DNA of 64,000 nucleotides from an uncultured Fretibacterium sp. (GTDB lineage Bacteria; Synergistota; Synergistia; Synergistales; Aminobacteriaceae): NCBI GenBank assembly GCA_937911045.1, contig CALEPX010000004.1, positions 17,421 to 81,420 of the forward strand, read 5' to 3'. Shown piece by piece: positions 58,484 to 64,000 of this stretch (position 1 is its first letter; each line of letters starts with the position of its first letter). The notes under the pieces were generated by a model. It saw only the letters and a program-made list of their open reading frames with translations, ran no database searches and was not told where the DNA came from. The position numbers and the translations under genes were made by a program.

Positions 58484-59388
58484 TACTTTACCTCCAGAAA
58501 TTTTCTGACAGCCTCGAATTTTTCACGCGCTTCTGACTGAGCAGCTTCGATTTGTGACGGGAATAATTTTTCGCCGAATTTCTTGAGTTGAGAATTTGCT
58601 GCACCATCGCCGCATAAATCCGCGAGATAATACCAGACATACGCCCGAAAATTATCCTGCTGAACATGTTCGCCGTGCTGGTACATCCAACCCAGATTAT
58701 ATTGCGCAACCGAATCGCCCTTCATCGCCAATTCCTGAAAATTTTCGAACTCGTGCTTCAAACGTTCCTGAATCTTCGCGTAGATTTTCCCTGCTTCAGA
58801 CTGAGCTTCCAGAGCTTCTGACGGTGAAATTGTTTTCTTACGTTCGAGTTTCTTGCATTTTTTCGCAGCCAAGCCGTGACCAGACATAGTCGCAACATAA
58901 TACCACATGTAAGCGTTTCGATTCTGAGCTTTCAAAGCATAATGTTCAGCGAGTGAATATTGTGAAGCTGCATCACCGGTCTCAGCGTTTGCGATCTCGT
59001 TTTTCGAGACAGGACGTAATTGCAAAATCACAAACGGAATAGCCGAGAGAAAATATAGAGGGAAAATAAATTTTAAGGCGTCTTCTCCGAACTTGAACCA
59101 TAGCACGGCAAAAACGCAAATGTCCACGACGAACATAATTCCGAATGAGATTAAGTAAGTGTTTACGGGGGGACGTTTCCGTTCGATATTTCCCGAACTG
59201 ACAGGGACAAATTTCTCTTTCTGCTCCGGGGATTTTCTCAGGGAATTTTTCACGAAATCCGAGAACTTCACCAACACACGGCGCAATCCCGGGAATATTA
59301 TCAACGTCACGCCGAATAACGACGCTGCGACAATTTCAACGCCGTATTTCTTCAAGCCTGCACAAAATATTTCTGAGAACGTTTCCAT
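58483..59388 (-). CDS. Membrane-anchored Sel1-repeat protein
   Basis: Three TM helices in the N-terminal 125 aa, then two Sel1 repeats (ASQYSLAEHYALKAQNRNAYMWYY, AQYNLGWMYQHGEHVQQD). Its stop overlaps the Rpn start (TAATG). Confidence 0.7.
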   Translation of the reverse strand: METFSEIFCAGLKKYGVEIVAASLFGVTLIIFPGLRRVLVKFSDFVKNSLRKSPEQKEKFVPVSSGNIERKRPPVNTYLISFGIMFVVDICVFAVLWFKFGEDALKFIFPLYFLSAIPFVILQLRPVSKNEIANAETGDAASQYSLAEHYALKAQNRNAYMWYYVATMSGHGLAAKKCKKLERKKTISPSEALEAQSEAGKIYAKIQERLKHEFENFQELAMKGDSVAQYNLGWMYQHGEHVQQDNFRAYVWYYLADLCGDGAANSQLKKFGEKLFPSQIEAAQSEAREKFEAVRKFLEVK

Positions 59389-59409
59389 TTCAAATCAACC
59401 TCCCGTGAA

Positions 59410-59676
59410 TTATTTGCTGCCAGATTCGTGTTCGTGTTCGTGATGAATTTGCCCGACTTTTCGTAATGCCAGGAAAAATAATATGCTCGTAACTCCTGCT
59501 CCAACAGCCGCTTCAGTTATCGCCAAATCCGGAGACCGCAGCAATACCCAAATCACCGACATAACAAGACTATAGCTCATGAATATAATCACGGAATTTA
59601 GCAAGTTCTTCGCCATCGACGCCGCAATCGCACAAACAATTAAAAATCCCAGCAACAGCCATTCTATAATCGTCAT
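59410..59676 (-). CDS. MbhD/DUF4040-type Mrp subunit (equivalent to the MrpA C-terminal module)
   Basis: LLGFLIVCAIAASMAKNLLNSVIIFMSYSLVMSVIWVLLRSPDLAITEAAVGAG matches the DUF4040 pattern. It has a His-rich tail HHEHEHES. Confidence 0.75.
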   Translation of the reverse strand: MTIIEWLLLGFLIVCAIAASMAKNLLNSVIIFMSYSLVMSVIWVLLRSPDLAITEAAVGAGVTSILFFLALRKVGQIHHEHEHESGSK

Positions 59677-60018
59677 CTAATTTTCGCCCCCAGTTTCTGA
59701 TTCAGTCTCGTCGATAAAATCGCAAGTCTTCCAGATATTATGATTCGTCCGAACTTCCGCGCGCGCTACTAAATGACTTGCAACGGGATTACACAGCCAC
59801 AAAAATATTATCACCAGCAGCAGCTTGAACGAAAAAAACGTTACTCCGGACATTACTATCAAACTCGAAAGCACCAACAACGCTCCCAAAGTATCACACT
59901 TGGCTGCAACATGAATCCTGTTCAACATCGTGCTAAATCTGAAAATTCCAATCGTAGCAATTCCCAGAACAAATAATCCCGACAACAATAGCAATCCCGC
60001 AATAATAATCCTCAGCAT
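59677..60018 (-). CDS. mnhG: Mrp subunit G
   Basis: GIFRFSTMLNRIHVAAKCDTLGALLVL is the MnhG signature. Confidence 0.85.
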   Translation of the reverse strand: MLRIIIAGLLLLSGLFVLGIATIGIFRFSTMLNRIHVAAKCDTLGALLVLSSLIVMSGVTFFSFKLLLVIIFLWLCNPVASHLVARAEVRTNHNIWKTCDFIDETESETGGEN

Positions 60019-60320
60019 TACACTTTCTCCTTTGAATCTGCGTCTTGATTTTCGATCACTGATTTAGCTAGAACAACCGTGGCTAAAAAACTTATGATCG
60101 CGTAAATCAGGCATATGTCCAGCAAATAATCCTCGCCGATTATCAATGCCAAAATCGAGATTAACACGATAACTTTCGTCCCGATGATATTCGCAGCAAT
60201 GATTCGATCCGTAAATCTCGGTCCAAGAATCGCTCGCAGTAAACAAAAAAATATCGTTACCGACAAAAATATCGCACTTCCGCTTAGCAAATAATACTTG
60301 ATTTCATCTAAACTAACCAT
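60018..60320 (-). CDS. mnhF: Mrp subunit F
   Basis: LRAILGPRFTDRIIAANIIGTKVIVLI is the MnhF signature. The start is set at ATG 60320, which overlaps the mnhE stop (ATGGTTAG). Confidence 0.8.
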   Translation of the reverse strand: MVSLDEIKYYLLSGSAIFLSVTIFFCLLRAILGPRFTDRIIAANIIGTKVIVLISILALIIGEDYLLDICLIYAIISFLATVVLAKSVIENQDADSKEKV

Positions 60321-60651
60321 AAAATTTTCGCTCCATTCCGGACAATATTTTCTCAAAAACTGAGCCTTCAAGTCCACCGGCAAACTCATGATTCAGAGCA
60401 TGAACCAGTAATTCGTCGCCATCAATCGAAACGGTGATTGTTCCGGGAGTGAGCGTTATCGAATTTGCGAGCGCAACTCGTGCAGCTGTAGATTTCAGAG
60501 CAGTCCTGAATTTCAGAATACACGGTTCGACTTCGATTTCGGGAGCTAAGACAATGCGTATGATCGAGAAATTCGCGCGTACTATCTCGACAAGCAAAAC
60601 TATGGCATATAAAAACATGTACGGAAAAATTTTCAGAAATTTCAATAGCAT
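60313..60651 (-). CDS. mnhE: Mrp subunit E
   Basis: ANSITLTPGTITVSIDGDELLVHAL is the MnhE signature. It is the first gene of the cluster, after SD AGAGGGTG. Confidence 0.8.
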   Translation of the reverse strand: MLLKFLKIFPYMFLYAIVLLVEIVRANFSIIRIVLAPEIEVEPCILKFRTALKSTAARVALANSITLTPGTITVSIDGDELLVHALNHEFAGGLEGSVFEKILSGMERKFYG

Positions 60652-60936
60652 ACACCCTCTTTTTCAAATAATGTTCTAAAACGTGTATTTCTCTAAAAAT
60701 GGTAAAGCTTCGTTTATTTTATAATTAAAATGGCTTGAAATCAAAAACGAAATCTGATATAAGTATAAAAAATAATTTTACAGAACGGTCGTTATTTTTC
60801 TCGGTAATTTTATTTCTCAAAGTGTTTTATATCACTGGAGTTTGTCGCATAAGTGGAGAGTCCGTTTACCGCTTTGCGTGGATTGAAATTAAAAATTAAG
60901 TATATATTAATTTTCGAATTTTACGGGGGATTAATT

Positions 60937-61500
60937 TTGCGTCCAAAAGTTCTTAATGTACCGAATATGTTAAGTCTTGTGAGAGTGTTTCTTGCTCCGT
61001 TAGTTTTGCTGTTCCTGTCGCTGAGAATTGACACGCCGATTCCGTTCTTGCAATCCGTGAGTTGGGGTGATGCTTTGGCTGCGTTCGTGTTCATAATTGC
61101 GGCAATAACTGATTCTCTTGATGGCTATATCGCACGGAAAAGACAACTCATTACAACTCTGGGAAAATTTATTGATCCGCTGGCTGATAAAGTTCTCGTG
61201 ATTGCTGCAATGCTGGCTCTGATTGAATTAGGCAGAGTTCCGGCTTGGATCGTAATGGTAATTATCACACGTGAATTTGTCGTGACGGGGCTGAGGCTTG
61301 TAGCTGCTGCTGAGGGTGTTGTTATCGCAGCGTCAAAGGGCGGCAAACTTAAAACCGTCTGTCAAATAATCGCGCTAGTAATGCTAATTCTGAATATTCC
61401 CGGCGGAATGATCCTGATGTGGGTGGCGATGATCTTAACTGTCTGGTCAGGCATGGAATATCTGATCGACGGCAGCAAAATTCTCACGTCCGAAAATTAA
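60937..61500 (+). CDS. pgsA: CDP-diacylglycerol--glycerol-3-phosphate 3-phosphatidyltransferase
   Basis: CDP-alcohol phosphotransferase motif DSLDGYIARK...GKFIDPLADK. I prefer TTG 60937, 6 nt after GGGGGA, over the longest ORF start at 60853. Confidence 0.88.
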   Translation: MRPKVLNVPNMLSLVRVFLAPLVLLFLSLRIDTPIPFLQSVSWGDALAAFVFIIAAITDSLDGYIARKRQLITTLGKFIDPLADKVLVIAAMLALIELGRVPAWIVMVIITREFVVTGLRLVAAAEGVVIAASKGGKLKTVCQIIALVMLILNIPGGMILMWVAMILTVWSGMEYLIDGSKILTSEN

Positions 61501-62210
61501 CAAGTTCCGAAACTCTTGCAAATTTCACGCAGCACACAAATTTCGCAATCCGGCTTTCGCGAATGGCAGACTGCCCGACCGTGTGCGATCATGTTCACGT
61601 GTCCGCCCAAACAGCGATTCTCCGGAACAAATTTCTCGAACAGGAGCGATATTTCATCAGCGTGAGTTTTCTCAGGAACGATTCCTAAACGGCGAGTTAT
61701 TCTGCTGACGTGCGTATCAACCGGAAAAGCCTTCATATTCAGGTCAAACAGCAACACACACGCCACGGTTTTTACGCCGATGCCTTTGAAATTTATCAGG
61801 TAATCCCAAGCTTGTGTGCGCGAAAATTTTGCGAGATTCTTCAGCGAATATTCCCCGAAGTCCTCGTGAATTTTGCGCAATATCTCGATTATGCGTGATG
61901 ATTTCGTCGCCGCAAGCCCAGCGGATTTGATAATCTTTGCGAGTTCAGCTGCTCCAGAAAACACAATTTCCTGATAATCAGCGTAATTCCTCTGCAAATT
62001 TTCGAACGCTGCGTCACGATTCTTGTCATTCGTATTCTGCGACAAAACCGTCAAGATTAATCCGTCAAGCGGCTCTGCGTGTCCAAGTTCCGGAGGATTA
62101 GCTTCGTTGTGATATTCCTGCTCCAACAGATCCAGAACCCGAAACAAAATTTCGCCCTCCCGATCAATTACGCTTTCAATTTCAATCGAGAGGGTGCGAT
62201 TCTTAATCAT
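61497..62210 (-). CDS. Endonuclease III-like HhH-GPD DNA glycosylase with a 4Fe-4S cluster loop
   Basis: HhH motif FKGIGVKTVACVLL, catalytic FPVDTHVSRI, and Cys ligands C-x6-C-x2-C-x5-C (CHSRKPDCEICVLREIC). Confidence 0.85.
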   Translation of the reverse strand: MIKNRTLSIEIESVIDREGEILFRVLDLLEQEYHNEANPPELGHAEPLDGLILTVLSQNTNDKNRDAAFENLQRNYADYQEIVFSGAAELAKIIKSAGLAATKSSRIIEILRKIHEDFGEYSLKNLAKFSRTQAWDYLINFKGIGVKTVACVLLFDLNMKAFPVDTHVSRITRRLGIVPEKTHADEISLLFEKFVPENRCLGGHVNMIAHGRAVCHSRKPDCEICVLREICKSFGTC

Positions 62211-64000
62211 GATTTCTTCTTGCGAGACTTGCCGCCGAATTTCTGCTCAAGCCTCATGCTGTCACGCAACATTTTTTTCAAACGCGCCTTCACTCGTCCA
62301 TGAACTGAGCCTTCTGTGTACGATCCATCTTTGCGCGCACGTCCTGCACTCACGCCGGTCAATAACTCGATACCTTCATCGATCCCATTCACAGCCCAAA
62401 TCGAAAATTTCCCGGATTTCACAGCCTCGATTACTTCGGAATTAAGCATCAAGTGCCGAGCATTCGCCTGAGGAATCATTACGCCCTGTTCGCCGGTTAA
62501 GCCTGAGAGCTTGCAGTATTCATAGAAACCCTCGATTTTCTCATTCACGCCGCCGATTGCTTGAACCGTTCCGAATTGATCAACCGATCCTGTGACTGCG
62601 ATTCCCTGTTTCAAAGGCAAACCCGACAACGCCGATAATAAGCAATACAATTCCGTCGATGATGCGCTGTCGCCTTCAATGCCGCTGTAATTCTGCTCGA
62701 ACGTAATATGCGCCGATAACGTCAACGGCATATCCTGAGCATATTTTCGTCCGAGATAACTCGATAAAATCATTAAGCCTTTATTATGAATAGGGCCTGT
62801 CATTTTAACTTCACGTTCGATATTAACAACGCCTTCCTGTCCCATAAAAACATTCGCTGTTATCCTCGAAGGGTGTCCGAACCTGTAATCGCCTAAATCA
62901 ATAACACTAAGTCCGTTAATCTGTCCAACCTCTTCTCCTGAAGTATCAATGTAAATTACTCCGTCCTTAAATGCCCGTTCTAATTTATCCTTATATAAAC
63001 CTGAACGGAAATTTTTATGTTGAATTGCTTTAATGACATCTTCACGTTTAACAATTTTTTTCGCATTTGCCCAAGCGTTTGATTCAGTTAATAATTCACG
63101 AAGCTTTCCGACTTCAACGGACATTAAATTTTGATCTTCAGCTTCTCTTCCTGACCACTCTATAATTTCCGATAGTGCTGAAGCGTCAAAAGGTTTGAGA
63201 TTTTCACGTTTTATAAATTCAGCGATAAATCTCGCCATTTTTCGTTCGTTATCGGCGGTTCTGGGCATATCGTAATCAAAGCTCGCTTTAATCTTGAAGA
63301 TTTTGTTAAATTCAGCGTCATAATATTGAAGCAATGAATAAATATACGGTGAACCTGTCATTATAATTTTCGTGTTGATTTTTATTGCTGAAGGTCTTAA
63401 CGAAGCTACGGGTAAAGCTCCGTATTGCTCACCGAGATTTTCAATTACAGCCTCGCCAGTCCTCATTAACCTTTTAATCGACTCCCATGACATGAAATTC
63501 ATCAAAACTTTTTCGGCGTCAAGAACTAAAAACCCTCCGTTAGCTTTGTGAAAAGCTCCTGCCAAAATCTTCTTGAAATCCGTGTATAAATATCCCTGAT
63601 GACTTTCATATTCAGTACGGCCTGATAAATTATAGTAAGTCGGATTGGTTTCCCATATTACAGGAGCGCCTTTTGAAGGATCGTTAATGACGAATAAATT
63701 CGCCTGATAACGTGTGAAATCAACTTCTGCGTTCTCCTCACGTGCAGCCGTAACAAATGCTCCCGAATTTTCAATGACATCTTCAGTCATTTTTGCGAAC
63801 CAATTCAATAAAGGCTCATTGTCTTTATAATTTTCACAGACATCATTGAAACACGGAGTTATTGCGGTGCGGCAAATTTCTGCTTCAAGTTTTGCTAATT
63901 CTTCACGCAGTTTTTTCTCCATGTCTCTGATGTTTCGCATTCCTATCAAAGTTCTTTGTGAAATTTTTTCGCTTTGAGCCTGATAACGTTTTTGTTTTTT
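62207..64000 (-). CDS. Lon-like ATP-dependent protease (COG1067 / LonB-LonC type), 5'-truncated by the window edge
   Basis: C-terminal S16 protease domain with a Ser-Lys dyad context (GIEGDSASSTELYCLLSAL, IGGVNEKIEGF) and an upstream AAA+-like region (ANGGFLVLDAEKV). The frame stays open to nt 64000, beyond the TTG at 63949. Confidence 0.8.
   Translation of the reverse strand, partial: KKQKRYQAQSEKISQRTLIGMRNIRDMEKKLREELAKLEAEICRTAITPCFNDVCENYKDNEPLLNWFAKMTEDVIENSGAFVTAAREENAEVDFTRYQANLFVINDPSKGAPVIWETNPTYYNLSGRTEYESHQGYLYTDFKKILAGAFHKANGGFLVLDAEKVLMNFMSWESIKRLMRTGEAVIENLGEQYGALPVASLRPSAIKINTKIIMTGSPYIYSLLQYYDAEFNKIFKIKASFDYDMPRTADNERKMARFIAEFIKRENLKPFDASALSEIIEWSGREAEDQNLMSVEVGKLRELLTESNAWANAKKIVKREDVIKAIQHKNFRSGLYKDKLERAFKDGVIYIDTSGEEVGQINGLSVIDLGDYRFGHPSRITANVFMGQEGVVNIEREVKMTGPIHNKGLMILSSYLGRKYAQDMPLTLSAHITFEQNYSGIEGDSASSTELYCLLSALSGLPLKQGIAVTGSVDQFGTVQAIGGVNEKIEGFYEYCKLSGLTGEQGVMIPQANARHLMLNSEVIEAVKSGKFSIWAVNGIDEGIELLTGVSAGRARKDGSYTEGSVHGRVKARLKKMLRDSMRLEQKFGGKSRKKKS

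Noticed and set aside
58028-58540. A 170-aa ORF on the plus strand inside the Rpn cassette
   Set aside because: It is antisense to the Rpn-family gene, has no SD and shows no domain signal. The minus-strand reading carries the clear PD-(D/E)XK motifs.

Overview
The window is 64 kb of densely coding bacterial chromosome, roughly 42-45% GC by eye, and mostly housekeeping. Two exported proteins end in the same GC[NS]AGFSGLA-hydrophobic-basic tail. I recognise this as the Synerg-CTERM sorting signal, so the source is probably a Synergistota genome with many Firmicute-like operon arrangements: rny-ymdB, glmU-prs, ylxM-ffh-rpsP-KH-trmD-rplS and hslVU-codY. Recognisable content includes RNase Y, GltX, RlmB, a LarE-like sulfur transferase, DedA, ribokinase, a CPA2 antiporter, a membrane HD-GYP phosphodiesterase, FtsH, RlmN, Mfd, LigA, LysS, PutP, a ribose-type ABC transporter, PgsA, an EndoIII-like glycosylase, a Lon-like protease cut by the window edge, and one tRNA-Gln(UUG). 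I found no rRNA, CRISPR array, integrase or clear prophage. The most interesting locus is at 57.3-59.4 kb. There, a three-gene cassette sits between the MbhD-like and MnhB-like genes of an Mbh-ordered Mrp antiporter operon. The cassette encodes a Sel1-repeat membrane protein, an Rpn/YhgA-family PD-(D/E)XK nuclease and a 72-aa protein. The nuclease gene has a strong internal SD plus an in-frame ATG that would yield a 72-aa C-terminal protein, and the downstream 72-aa ORF is a stand-alone paralogue of that same C-terminal module. This resembles the E. coli Rpn/RpnS toxin and intragenic-antitoxin antiphage logic, here with an extra extragenic copy. Other leads are listed below.
- A lipoprotein with a leukocidin/alpha-hemolysin-like pore-forming core fused to a BACON domain.
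- An orphan islet at 36.5-39.0 kb holding a glycine-zipper exported peptide, an RHH protein with a probable non-ATG start, and an HTH-TM-repeat protein.
- TrmD with a roughly 155-aa SPOUT-like C-terminal extension in an operon that lacks rimM.
- A probable leaderless ylxM-ffh transcript.
All calls rest on reading the sequence and ORF translations. No database search was run.
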